From Deltaproteobacteria bacterium (lineage in GTDB: Bacteria > Myxococcota > Kuafuiibacteriia > Kuafuiibacteriales > Kuafuiibacteriaceae), in the NCBI GenBank assembly GCA_040218735.1, contig JAVJQW010000023.1, positions 480,001-544,000 of the forward strand: a DNA stretch of 64,000 bases. Direction: 5' to 3'. The notes below the pieces were generated by a model. That model was not told the DNA's origin and searched no databases. It saw only the letters and a list, made by a program, of their open reading frames with translations. Positions 28,799 through 38,290 of this stretch are shown one piece after another (position 1 is the stretch's first letter; each line of letters begins with the position of its first letter). The position numbers and the translations under genes are program-made.

Positions 28799-29620
28799 GT
28801 GCGTGTCGCCGCGGTCATCGCTCTCGGCCTGACCGCCTGGGCCCTCCCCGCCGAAGCCCAAAACATGGCGCTCACGTACGGGGTGGTCGGGAGCTCCTCG
28901 ATCGATGGCGGGGGCACCGACGCCCAGGGCGCGCTCGACACGTTGTCACTTCAGGGCGGCTTCCCGATCGTGTTGGACGGAGGCGACTGGGTGCTCCTCC
29001 CCGGGCTGCTCTTCGAGCGCTTCGGGTTCTACGGACGAGACGACGTCGCGGCGTACGGCTTCGGCGCGAGCTTCGTCGTGTTCCACCGGCTCTCCGACGT
29101 CTGGGGCCTCGCGCTGCAGACGAGCCTGACTCACCACTCGGACCTCGGCGGTAGCGACGCAAACGCCTGGGGCGGCACGTTCTCGGCGATCGCTCGACGC
29201 CGGCTGAGCGAGGACCACACCCTCGGCTTCGGCGGGGCCCTCACCTACCGACAGGGCCGCTGGCTCCCGGTACCGGTCGTACGTTGGTTGCTACGAACGA
29301 AGCGATGGACGGTGGACGTCCTCGCCCCGGCGCGCGCGTTGGTCGCGCTCCGACTCACCGAAGACGTCGAGCTCGGCCCCCAGGTTCACGTCGGCGGCGG
29401 CGGTGCGTCCCTGACCGGCCTCGGTTTGTCGACGCGCATGGTGAACGTCGCGGTCGGCCTCACCGCGCGCTACCGAATCGCGGGGCCGATCTACGCGTTC
29501 GCGTTCGGCGGCGCGACGGTGTTCCATCGGTTCCAGGTCGACCGCGACGCGGGTGCGTCCGCGACGGTGTTCAAGACCCCGGCCCCGACGTTCTCCGTGG
29601 GCGTGCGCTTGGTCCGCTAG
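28799..29620 (+). CDS. Outer-membrane beta-barrel protein (DUF6268-like)
   Basis: Signal peptide ending AEA|QN, amphipathic beta strands, and LGFGGAL..WLPVP..DVLAP pattern. Confidence 0.65.
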   Translation: MRVAAVIALGLTAWALPAEAQNMALTYGVVGSSSIDGGGTDAQGALDTLSLQGGFPIVLDGGDWVLLPGLLFERFGFYGRDDVAAYGFGASFVVFHRLSDVWGLALQTSLTHHSDLGGSDANAWGGTFSAIARRRLSEDHTLGFGGALTYRQGRWLPVPVVRWLLRTKRWTVDVLAPARALVALRLTEDVELGPQVHVGGGGASLTGLGLSTRMVNVAVGLTARYRIAGPIYAFAFGGATVFHRFQVDRDAGASATVFKTPAPTFSVGVRLVR

Positions 29621-29636
29621 GCGCGGTTGGACTCGA

Positions 29637-31361
29637 TCAAAGATCTGAAATACGCACGATTCGCCCGGACCAGGCGAGGACGACATAAAACGCGCCGTCG
29701 ACCTGCACGCCGGTCGTCGGGAGGCCAGCGCCGAGGTCGACGGAGCCCGGGAGGAAGGCCTCGCGGACGGGATCGTAGGCGAAGAGCTCCGCGCGCCCGA
29801 CGGGCGCCGGCTCGCCCTGCGCGTGCGCCGCGACCCACAATCGGCCGCCCGCGAACCCCAGCGGCAAGCGTGTGTTCGCCTCGTTCACGAAGTACCGCGC
29901 CAGGATGCACGGCGACGAGGTCGTGGCGAGATCGATGACGGACAGGACGGAGTCCACGCCCACGCCGAGGGCGTAGGCGACGCGCCCGTCGACGAAGAGC
30001 GACTCGGCGTTCTTCGCGCCCGCGCACAGCGAATATTGGTCACCGTAGGACTGCGCCACGACGTCATATTCGACGACGCGGTTGAAGCCGACGTCAGCGA
30101 CGAGGACACGACCGGGCGACAACGGGTAGACATCCATGGGTCGAGCCATGGGTTCCTGAGGGAGCGTGGTCTCGGAGAGTGTGAACGTCGCCAGGTCTAC
30201 GGCTACGACGTTCTCGGTCGACACCAACGTTTCTTGAATGAAGTGCTCGAGGAAGACGGCGTAACCGCCGGTGAGTACGATGCGCCCGTACTCCGTGGGC
30301 CCGGCCCATCCCGGATCGCGCGCGACCTCGCGTATCAAGTTACCGTCGGCGTCGAGCTCGACGAAGCGGACGCCGGGGTTGCTGCCCACGAGACCGAAGA
30401 TGGTGGTGCGATCTTCGGAGGCGACGATCTCACGAACGCAGCGCCCGATCGGTGCGTCACCGATCCGTGAGAGGTCATCGCGGTCGAAGAACACCAGCTC
30501 ACTCTCGAGATCGGGACACGGCAAGGTGAGCGGAGCGCCGCGGTACCCGGCGGCGACGACGCGGTCCTGGAGCACGGCGAGGCCCCCCACGAACCCGGCG
30601 TCCTCCCAGGGCGCGTCGTCGATCGGCGTCGCCTCGACGTCGTAAACCGTCGCGGTCTCGACGCGGGCCGCGATCGATTCGAGCCCGTCGTACAGATGAA
30701 TCGGGCAGTCCGCGGCGGGCGGATCCTCGCAGAGGATCTCGGCCCGGGGGGCGTCGCCCTCCTCGGTCGTCTCACAGCGCGTCGCGAACGTCGGACGACC
30801 GCGGCCATCGAGCGTCCCCTCGACGCCCAACTCACACGCGAACTCATCGATCGAGATGCGACACCCATCCTGCGCGATCGGCGCGACGCAGGGACGAGGC
30901 CGACAACGAAAGTCGGCGAAGCTGTCCGGACCGTAGACCTGCGGACACGGCGGGAGCCCCGCGACGGTGAGCGACGGCGGCGCGACGCCGTCCGCGGCCA
31001 GGGTCACGCTGCCGTCCGCGACGATCCCGTGCACCTGCCACCCGGGCGGCGCGAGCAGAGGTTCGGATCCGCCCGCGGCGCGCGCGGGCTCCGCGCTGGG
31101 CACCAGGCCGATCCGATCGAGCTCGTCGTCGGTGAAGCCGAGGATCCAGGCTTCCTCGGCGCGGTCCCAGGCTTCGGGGAGCTCTGCGCCCACTTCCGCC
31201 ACGTCGTCGCGGCGCACGATGGCGGACGCGAAGACGTCATCACCGCGCGCGACGGCGAGGACGTGTGTGACGGCCTCCGGTGGCGCCGGCGCCGTCGCGC
31301 TCCGCGAAGGCGAGGCGGTGCACGCGCTGACGAGGAGCATCGCCAAGATCACCGACCGCAC
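29637..31361 (-). CDS. Hypothetical lipoprotein, Cys-rich linker plus beta-propeller-like C-terminus
   Basis: Lipobox VSAC near the re-called start. Repeated beta-strand blades. Exact start uncertain. Confidence 0.6.
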   Translation of the reverse strand: MRSVILAMLLVSACTASPSRSATAPAPPEAVTHVLAVARGDDVFASAIVRRDDVAEVGAELPEAWDRAEEAWILGFTDDELDRIGLVPSAEPARAAGGSEPLLAPPGWQVHGIVADGSVTLAADGVAPPSLTVAGLPPCPQVYGPDSFADFRCRPRPCVAPIAQDGCRISIDEFACELGVEGTLDGRGRPTFATRCETTEEGDAPRAEILCEDPPAADCPIHLYDGLESIAARVETATVYDVEATPIDDAPWEDAGFVGGLAVLQDRVVAAGYRGAPLTLPCPDLESELVFFDRDDLSRIGDAPIGRCVREIVASEDRTTIFGLVGSNPGVRFVELDADGNLIREVARDPGWAGPTEYGRIVLTGGYAVFLEHFIQETLVSTENVVAVDLATFTLSETTLPQEPMARPMDVYPLSPGRVLVADVGFNRVVEYDVVAQSYGDQYSLCAGAKNAESLFVDGRVAYALGVGVDSVLSVIDLATTSSPCILARYFVNEANTRLPLGFAGGRLWVAAHAQGEPAPVGRAELFAYDPVREAFLPGSVDLGAGLPTTGVQVDGAFYVVLAWSGRIVRISDL

Positions 31362-31433
31362 CTTCGGAGCATCGCACGCGCGCGCCTTCACGACCTGCCC
31401 GGTGCGCGATTTTCGGTTAACGTCTCGACGAAC

Positions 31434-32051
31434 ATGGCCACGACACAGAACGGCATCCACCTCGTTGGACCCGGACTCCTCCTGACCGCGCTGCTCTGTG
31501 GCTGTCCCCAGACGAAGGCGGCCCCCGAGCCGGAACCGCCGAAGCCCGTCGCGCAGGCGACGCCGACGAGCGCGATGGAGACGCCGTTCTCCGACGCGTT
31601 CCCCGAAGTGAAGGTGTACACGTCCCAGAGCTTCGCGCACGACCGGGGGAACATCACGCGGATCGAGTCGTTCTGGGTCGACGGTAAGCCGGCGCAGGGG
31701 CACTACCTCGCAGCGGTGGTCGAACACCGCGGCGGGTGGTCGCAGAAGGGGGAGCGCACAGAAGCGGCCGCCCTCGCGACGGTGAAGGCGTTCGTGGAGG
31801 CGAGCAACAAGGTGTTCGGCGTGAACGTCGTGGACGGCGCGGACGAGAACGCCAGGCCAACCACGGGCGGACCCTCGGGGTACTGGATCACCGAGCACGA
31901 GGGCGTCCGTCTCGTCGTCGCCGCGCAATACTACGCGTACGACGGCGGCAACCACGGACGGCAGATCGCCCGAAGCGTCGCCGGCTTCCGCCTCGACGAC
32001 GGACGCCAGGTCGCGCTCCCGTCGGACTGGGTGCCGCCCGCCGTGAAGTAA
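31434..32051 (+). CDS. Hypothetical lipoprotein
   Basis: Start MATTQNG, hydrophobic signal and lipobox LCGC, Pro-rich linker. Confidence 0.7.
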   Translation: MATTQNGIHLVGPGLLLTALLCGCPQTKAAPEPEPPKPVAQATPTSAMETPFSDAFPEVKVYTSQSFAHDRGNITRIESFWVDGKPAQGHYLAAVVEHRGGWSQKGERTEAAALATVKAFVEASNKVFGVNVVDGADENARPTTGGPSGYWITEHEGVRLVVAAQYYAYDGGNHGRQIARSVAGFRLDDGRQVALPSDWVPPAVK

Positions 32052-32165
32052 CGCGGAGCGCGGCGAGCGACCTGATCTGCATAGCGCGGCGCTCCTCAGC
32101 TATGGTCGTGACGACCATGCCCACGTCGCAGAACAACGCCAATTGAGCGCGCGGTCGACGAGTTC

Positions 32166-32195
32166 AAAAAACTCTGCCCTACGTGTCGGCAGAAG
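32166..32195 (-). terminator. Intrinsic terminator downstream of the amidase gene
   Basis: Minus strand reads TCTGCC-GACACGTAG-GGCAGA-G-TTTTTT, about 100 bp after the 32291 stop. Confidence 0.55.
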
Positions 32196-32290
32196 TGCCG
32201 AGCCGGCAGGACGGTGGCCGAGTGCGGAGACGGTCATTGCACATGGAGGTATGTGCCGCGCTAACCGCACACGGCCTTTGCGCGATCCGA

Positions 32291-33682
32291 TCAGCCGTTC
32301 ACCTGGACGAAGTGGATCGTGCGGTCTTCGTTGTCGCCGTTCGCACGCTGCGTAATCGTGTTGTCGTACGGCTGCGGAACCTGCGACGGGTTCGGGCCGC
32401 CGTGGTCCACCGCGTAGGGGGTGAGGAGCGACGGGTCGTAATCGACACCGTACGTGGTCGAGAACGCGTCCGCGTTCGCGGCCCAGTACGCGTTGGCATC
32501 CTCGACACTCGCGAAGAGCGGCGGCGGCGGCGCGTCCGCGATCACCGGCGGGAGGTTCGGGCCGAAGCCCACGATCATCGACACGTGATCCCAGTCCGGG
32601 TGTTCCTCGGTGTGAGGATCCGAGAAACTCGTGAACACCAAGTCGCCCGGTCCGAGCTGGTCGACCGAATCGACCTCGACCCCGACCCCGTTGTCGATCA
32701 TCGAGTCGTAGAGCGAGGTCGCGACGCGGAACGGCTCCGAGCCGGCGTAGACGCGGTAACCTTCGCCCCAGTTGCGCTCGGTGGGCCCCTCGTTCCATTC
32801 GCCGAAGGGCGGCAGCGAGCTGTGGTACCAGGCGGACGACACGAAGGTCGCGCAGTTGCCGCCGTACACCTGGTTATCGTTGAAGGCGGTCTCGAACGAG
32901 AAGTCCTCGCCGCGGAGCCCCGCCAACGACATCCCGTAGAGCGCGGCGGCCGCGCCGGGGTCACCAGCGGCCGCGGACGTGAGGAGGTTCTCCACGGTCT
33001 CGGGGGCGATGAGACCCGACGTCACCATCTGGGCGAGTCGCTCGGCCACGAACCCTCCGACGTCGGTGGTCGCGTCGGTCTCTTCGCCGTCGACCCAGAT
33101 CTGGTAGGTCAGGTCGTCGCCGTACAGGTTCTCGGTGGTCTGTGCGTAGGTCTGCGTGAGGTAGATCGGCAGAAGCTCGTCGGCGGTCATCGAGAACCAA
33201 TCCGGGTCGACGGCCGAGCAGTCGATCGCGGCGAGCTCCGCGATCATCTCGTCGCGGGTGAGGCCCACGGTGGCGTTGCTGTTGCCAGCATCGACCGCGA
33301 TGTTCGCATCACCGAGATCGCTCTCCGGTACCGCGGGCGGGCATTCACACGTGGCGGTGGGATCGACGGCGTCGGCGCCGACCAGCTGCATCGTCACGGT
33401 GGCCGCGACGACGCCGAGGTCGACGAGCGCGAGGGCTTCGGCCAACGCGCCCTCCTCCCCCGCTTCGACACGGGCCGCGAGGCCCTCGTTGTCCGGATCG
33501 GCGAGGACCTTGTTGAGCTCGTCCTGGAGCGTCTGGCTAACGACGCTCTCGAGGTTCGGATCCGGGATCCACTCGAGGATTTGGACGAGCTGTTGGACGG
33601 CCTGCTGGAAGACTTCTCCGTCGTCGCCCGTGAGTTGCTGATAGACGATCTGAGTTTGGAAAGTGACGCGTGGGATGCACAT
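32291..33682 (-). CDS. Acidic protein with C-terminal putative amidase domain (Amidase_6, NlpC/P60-CHAP-like)
   Basis: Motifs GGNCATFVSSAW, QLGPGDLVF, WDHVSMIVG and AVDH. AGGAG RBS. No signal peptide. Confidence 0.7.
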   Translation of the reverse strand: MCIPRVTFQTQIVYQQLTGDDGEVFQQAVQQLVQILEWIPDPNLESVVSQTLQDELNKVLADPDNEGLAARVEAGEEGALAEALALVDLGVVAATVTMQLVGADAVDPTATCECPPAVPESDLGDANIAVDAGNSNATVGLTRDEMIAELAAIDCSAVDPDWFSMTADELLPIYLTQTYAQTTENLYGDDLTYQIWVDGEETDATTDVGGFVAERLAQMVTSGLIAPETVENLLTSAAAGDPGAAAALYGMSLAGLRGEDFSFETAFNDNQVYGGNCATFVSSAWYHSSLPPFGEWNEGPTERNWGEGYRVYAGSEPFRVATSLYDSMIDNGVGVEVDSVDQLGPGDLVFTSFSDPHTEEHPDWDHVSMIVGFGPNLPPVIADAPPPPLFASVEDANAYWAANADAFSTTYGVDYDPSLLTPYAVDHGGPNPSQVPQPYDNTITQRANGDNEDRTIHFVQVNG

Positions 33683-33714
33683 GGCGATTCTCCTGGTGTC
33701 CTCGAGACAGGGGG

Positions 33715-34818
33715 TCAGCGACCGGCGGTTCCGGTCAGGTCGTTACCGGCGCTGTCGACGATCGAGCCGACGCCATCGCCATCGTCCGAGAACGACATCA
33801 CGACGAACTGGTTGTAGCCGGTGATGCCGGCGGTATCCTGGACGACCGATTCGAAGTCCGCGACGGCTTCCTCGAGCGCGGCGCGCGGGACCTCGAAGGT
33901 CCGGCCCGACCACGGGTCGTTGATGATGAAGTTCCCGTCCTCGTAACCGGTGATCACGATGTAGTGCGTGGTCGCGTTGGCGCGCTCGGCGTCGCTGAGC
34001 TCGACGCCCATCGCGTCCATCACCGAGAGGAAGCTGACGGACATCATCACGGGGTCACCCGCGGCGAGTGCGTTCATCGTGACGGTGATGATCTCGTTCA
34101 CGGAGCTCGCCGGATTTGCGTTGAAGGTGCGCGGCCCGAGGAGCTCGACCACGTCGAGCCCGTACGCCGCAGCGACGCGTTCGATGTGGTTGTACTGAGA
34201 GCCGTCGGCGGAGGTTCCGATCTCCCCGGCGAGGGTGTCGATCCGGGCGGCGTTGTCGTCACCGTCGACGTCGATGCCGAAGCCCTGCAGCACCATCAAG
34301 AGCGCGGTCGGTCCGCAGTTGCTCGCGCGGTTCTCGCTGTCGCTGGCGAGCTGACTGATCGCGGGGAACGAGCCGGCGTCGTACGGGCCGATGACCTCGC
34401 CCCACTGCTCCTCCTCGACGTCATTGACGGCGTCGGCGACCGCGTTGACGAAGCTCGCCGGAATCGCGATCGACTCGGGCTCCACCTCTTCGTCGTCCTC
34501 CGCGTCCGCCTCGACCTCGGCTTCGGTCGGCAGGAGGATCGAGGCCGGAGGCGCCTGGCCGACGATCGCTCCGGTCGCGCCGCCGATGAGCGTGAAGTCG
34601 AACGAGACGTCGCTGCCCGACAGCTGGACGTTGACGTTGCGCGTGAACCCGTCCTCGAGCCCGATGCGAAGCTCGACCTCGGAGATCTCCCCGTTCCCGT
34701 CGAGATCCAGGTCTCGGGGATCGTCGGTGATGATCGTGATGATCTCGGGCTGGTCGTCCCCGTCGAGGTCGACGTCCAGGTTGACGGTGTAGCTGTTGTT
34801 GTCGATCGGCGAGGTCAT
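33715..34818 (-). CDS. C39-like cysteine peptidase with N-terminal EF-hand-like Asp-rich motifs
   Basis: Motifs NCGPTALLMVL and THYIVITGYEDGNFIINDPW. DLDGDD and DLDGNGEISEVE loops. No signal peptide. Confidence 0.8.
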   Translation of the reverse strand: MTSPIDNNSYTVNLDVDLDGDDQPEIITIITDDPRDLDLDGNGEISEVELRIGLEDGFTRNVNVQLSGSDVSFDFTLIGGATGAIVGQAPPASILLPTEAEVEADAEDDEEVEPESIAIPASFVNAVADAVNDVEEEQWGEVIGPYDAGSFPAISQLASDSENRASNCGPTALLMVLQGFGIDVDGDDNAARIDTLAGEIGTSADGSQYNHIERVAAAYGLDVVELLGPRTFNANPASSVNEIITVTMNALAAGDPVMMSVSFLSVMDAMGVELSDAERANATTHYIVITGYEDGNFIINDPWSGRTFEVPRAALEEAVADFESVVQDTAGITGYNQFVVMSFSDDGDGVGSIVDSAGNDLTGTAGR

Positions 34819-34832
34819 GACCCCCGACCTTC

Positions 34833-34847
34833 TCAAGAACCTTGCCA
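34833..34847 (-). promoter_or_regulatory. Possible sigma54 promoter of the peptidase/amidase pair
   Basis: Minus strand reads TGGCAAGGTTCTTGA. The -24/-12 spacing is correct but the -12 box is TTGA rather than TTGC. It lies 14 bp upstream of the ATG at 34818. Confidence 0.4.
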
Positions 34848-35047
34848 ACGCCCGGGGGGCGTTCAGCGGGGAGCTGCCGTGGGCAGGTCCGGCGGACGTG
34901 CAGCCCAATCGGGGCAGGGCCTCCGTAGCTGCACACTGGGGCGGCAACGCCCGAAGCCGCGATCCCACGCGGGCGCGGCCGAAACGGCGTCGCGCAGAGA
35001 CACCTCAGCCGCGGGCGCTCTGGGAGGGGCCTCTTGGCGGAAGAAGG

Positions 35048-35242
35048 CTATCCGATGCGTTCGCCGCTGACGGTGGTCTCGGCGTTGTCCTTGATGTGCT
35101 GGAGCGCGGCGACCACGGCGGCTGCCACGGCCTCGGCGAACGGCTCCATCGCTGCGACATTGCCATCCGGATAGGACTCCGACAACTGCTGCAATACGGC
35201 TTCACGTGCCCGTTGCCGAGCCACATCTAGATTCATCGACAT
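35048..35242 (-). CDS. Small helical hypothetical protein (64 aa)
   Basis: Normal amphipathic composition (FAEAVAAAVVAALQHIKDNAET) in an otherwise empty intergenic gap. Confidence 0.6.
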   Translation of the reverse strand: MSMNLDVARQRAREAVLQQLSESYPDGNVAAMEPFAEAVAAAVVAALQHIKDNAETTVSGERIG

Positions 35243-35323
35243 CGTCGACGATGCGTCTTACTCGCTCCCCGAGCGTTTGTCTGTACACGTATTCCGATCA
35301 AGACTCCCGCGCCGGGGTGTTGG

Positions 35324-36337
35324 ATGACGGAGGCGGGGGCGGGGTCGTCGTATCGACGCATCGAATCGGAAGAAGAGGTCGACTTCGCGGAGCTCGGACT
35401 GATCGGCGGCGACCCGAGCTTTCTGCATTGTCTGTCGCTCGCACGTAGGTTCTCGCGAGGCGTCGCTCCGATCCTCGTCTACGGCGAAACCGGTACCGGA
35501 AAAGAACTCATCGCACGTGCGATCCACTACGCCGGACCGCGCAGCGGCGGGCCGTTCGTCCCCGTCAACTGCGGCGGGATTCCGGAGTCACTCGTCGAGA
35601 GCGAGCTCTTCGGCCACGTACGCGGCGCCTTCACGGATGCCTACGCCGAGCAACGCGGGCTGGTTGCACTCGCCGACTGCGGAACGCTGTTCCTCGACGA
35701 AGTCGACAGCCTTTCACCCCGAGCGCAGACGGCGCTTCTGCGGTTCGTCCAGGACCGACGGTTCCGCCCGGTGGGTTCCGAACGCGATGCATCCGCCGAT
35801 GTCGCGCTCGTAACGGCATCGAACCGAAGCCTCGGCAAACTCGTCGAAGCCGGTCAGTTCCGACGTGACCTGTTCTTTCGCCTCGACGTCGCGACGCTCC
35901 GTGTCCCGCCGCTCCGTGAACGCTCGGGGGACATTCCCGATCTCTGCCGACACATCCTCGCGAAGCTAGGCGCAACGTATCGGTGTCCCGCGAAGATCAT
36001 CCACCCGCCCGACGCCCAACGTCTGCAGGAGCAACCTTGGGTTGGCAACATCCGCGAGCTCGAGAACCGACTGCACCGCGCCTGGCTCGTGAGCGACGGA
36101 CCGTACCTCGAGTTCGAGTGGGAGACGGCGCCGGACGAGCCTCACGCCGAGCTCGATCTCAAGAAGGTCAAGCGCGAGGCCGTCGCCGCGGCGGAGCGTC
36201 GTGTCCTGTTGGCGCTGATGAAGCGTACGCAGGGCAACGTATCGCGCGCTGCCGCGCTCGCCCAACACGAACGGCGAGCGTTCGGTCGCCTCCTCAAGAA
36301 ACACGGAATCGATCGAAACGAGTTCATCAAGCGATGA
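35324..36337 (+). CDS. Sigma54-dependent transcriptional activator (bEBP) lacking an N-terminal sensory domain
   Basis: Motifs GETGTGKE, FVPVNCG, ESELFGHVRGAFTDA, GTLFLDEV, FRRDLFFRL, WVGNIRELEN and C-terminal HTH (GNVSRAA). Confidence 0.92.
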   Translation: MTEAGAGSSYRRIESEEEVDFAELGLIGGDPSFLHCLSLARRFSRGVAPILVYGETGTGKELIARAIHYAGPRSGGPFVPVNCGGIPESLVESELFGHVRGAFTDAYAEQRGLVALADCGTLFLDEVDSLSPRAQTALLRFVQDRRFRPVGSERDASADVALVTASNRSLGKLVEAGQFRRDLFFRLDVATLRVPPLRERSGDIPDLCRHILAKLGATYRCPAKIIHPPDAQRLQEQPWVGNIRELENRLHRAWLVSDGPYLEFEWETAPDEPHAELDLKKVKREAVAAAERRVLLALMKRTQGNVSRAAALAQHERRAFGRLLKKHGIDRNEFIKR

Positions 36338-38289
36338 CGGCCGCGACCGACCGCGGAATGGCGCTCGAGTGGGATCGTCTGCACCAGATCCTCGTCGATG
36401 CAGCGAGCGGCTCATCGAGCTCGGAGGAGGTCGCCCGAATCGAGGATGCGCTTCGACCGCTGGGGAGCCCGCTACGTTCGCTCGGCGCACGCTTCGAGCT
36501 GACCGGGTTCGAACGCGACACACTCCTGCTCGCCTTGTCCGTCGAAGCATCACTCGACTCGGCACGAAACGTCGCGTCCCTCAATGCGCCACGGGACTCC
36601 GCGCTGGTCACCGTTGACCTCGCGCTCCGGTTGTTCGCCCCCGGCGGCGATCACCGAAGACGTGGCCGAACCGCGCTCGGCCCTGACGGGAAGCTCTTCG
36701 CCGAGGGGTTGCTCGAGTGGGCGGGGCCTGCGTTTGGTTCTCACCTCGCCCGACCCTTCCGAGTCACGCGCGTAGTGTTGGAGCACTTCCTCGCGGACGT
36801 GACGTCGATACCGTCGGGATGTCGAATGCTCACGGACGGAGAAACGGCGCCCGAAGCTCAGGGACTGGCCGCAGCGCTGTCGGCCGACGCCAACCCACCG
36901 ATCACGATGGTCGTCGGTACGATCGCCGCCGAACCGGAGGTCACGGCCCTCGCTGTCTCGAGCGCGCTATCGCGGCCGATGCTCGTCGTGGATCTCGACG
37001 AGGCGGAGGAAGCCGAGGTCGACCCAGTCGCAGTGAGGGCTCGGGCGCGCCTCGAGCGCGCGACCGTCTACCTACGTCACGTCTGGAGATCGCCGGCCCG
37101 CCTTCGGTGGGTTCGCCGTGTGAGCTACGGGGCGCCGATCTTCGTCGAGACACGCCCGGATGACGATTGGTCCTGGAGCACGACGCGGCTCGCGGTGACC
37201 GCGATCCACTGCTCGGAACCGGACACTCGCGCGCGCGTCGAACGATGGCGTGCCGTCCTTCGTGAGAGTGAAGTCACCATCGACGACGCCCTCATCGACG
37301 AGGTTGCGACCAGCTTCGTCCTCTCGCGCGAGCAAGTGAGACTCGCGGTTGGGCACGCGCGCGTCGCGACCGCCGCGGAACGGGGGCTCACGGACACACT
37401 CGACGCCGAGGAGCTCCGCGCAGCGTGCCGAGCCCGACTCGATCATGACCTCGCCGCCGTGGCGACGAAATGCGAGCGACGCCAAACGTGGGACGATCTC
37501 GTCCTCCCCGACGTCACAAAGCGACGACTTCACGACTTCGTCCATGCACTGAAGCACCGATCGCTCGTCTTCGAGACGTGGGCGCTGGCGGACCGTATCG
37601 GAGGCACGACGGGGATCTCGGCGCTTTTCACCGGCGCGTCCGGTACGGGAAAGACGATGGCCGCCAGCGTCGTCGCGCGCTCGGTGGGATTGGACATCTA
37701 CCGAATCGATCTCGCGAGTGTCGTCAGTAAGTACATTGGCGAGACCGAGAAGAACTTGGACCGAGCATTCGGAGCGGCGCGCCGCGCCAGCGCCATCCTC
37801 TTCTTCGATGAAGCCGAGGCGCTGCTCGGAAAACGCTCGGAGGTGAAGGACGCACACGACCGGTACAGCAACATCGAAGTCGCGTATCTCCTTCAGCGAC
37901 TCGAAGCGCACCCAGGCGCGGTGATCTTCGCGACGAACCTCGCCAAGAACCTGGACGCCGCATTTGCGCGTCGGATGCACTTCGTCGTCGAGTTCCCTCG
38001 TCCGGATCCAAAGCTCCGTCTGGCGATTTGGCGTTCTCTGCTCTCGGACCGCGTCCCTGTCGCCGCCGACGTCGACCTCTCGGTTCTCGCGGAGCGATTC
38101 GAGACCACCGGGGGCGAGATTCGCAACGTCCTGCTGGACGCCGCCTTCCTGGCGGCGCGCGGCGGGCGCCCCATCTCGATGTCGAACCTGATGGTCAGCA
38201 TGGCACGCCATCTCCGGCAGGAGGGCCGCCTCCCGACCGCCTCGAGCTTCGGAGCGTTCCACGACGCCGTTGCGGAGGCGCTACTCTGA
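36334..38289 (+). CDS. eCIS-associated AAA+ ATPase (Afp15/Pvc15-like), copy A
   Basis: ATGA overlap with the bEBP gene. N-terminal FELTGFERDTLLLAL domain. Motifs WDDLVLP, ALFTGASGTGKT, VVSKYIGETEKNL, LFFDEAEALLGKRSEVKDAHDRYSNIEV and ATN. Confidence 0.9.
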   Translation: MTAATDRGMALEWDRLHQILVDAASGSSSSEEVARIEDALRPLGSPLRSLGARFELTGFERDTLLLALSVEASLDSARNVASLNAPRDSALVTVDLALRLFAPGGDHRRRGRTALGPDGKLFAEGLLEWAGPAFGSHLARPFRVTRVVLEHFLADVTSIPSGCRMLTDGETAPEAQGLAAALSADANPPITMVVGTIAAEPEVTALAVSSALSRPMLVVDLDEAEEAEVDPVAVRARARLERATVYLRHVWRSPARLRWVRRVSYGAPIFVETRPDDDWSWSTTRLAVTAIHCSEPDTRARVERWRAVLRESEVTIDDALIDEVATSFVLSREQVRLAVGHARVATAAERGLTDTLDAEELRAACRARLDHDLAAVATKCERRQTWDDLVLPDVTKRRLHDFVHALKHRSLVFETWALADRIGGTTGISALFTGASGTGKTMAASVVARSVGLDIYRIDLASVVSKYIGETEKNLDRAFGAARRASAILFFDEAEALLGKRSEVKDAHDRYSNIEVAYLLQRLEAHPGAVIFATNLAKNLDAAFARRMHFVVEFPRPDPKLRLAIWRSLLSDRVPVAADVDLSVLAERFETTGGEIRNVLLDAAFLAARGGRPISMSNLMVSMARHLRQEGRLPTASSFGAFHDAVAEALL

Positions 38290-38290
38290 G

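Noticed and set aside
35240-35253. Perfect 14-bp palindrome CATCGTCGACGATG between the small ORF and the bEBP gene
   Set aside because: It is built on GTCGAC, which is very frequent in this sequence, and occurs as a single copy. Too weak to call an operator.
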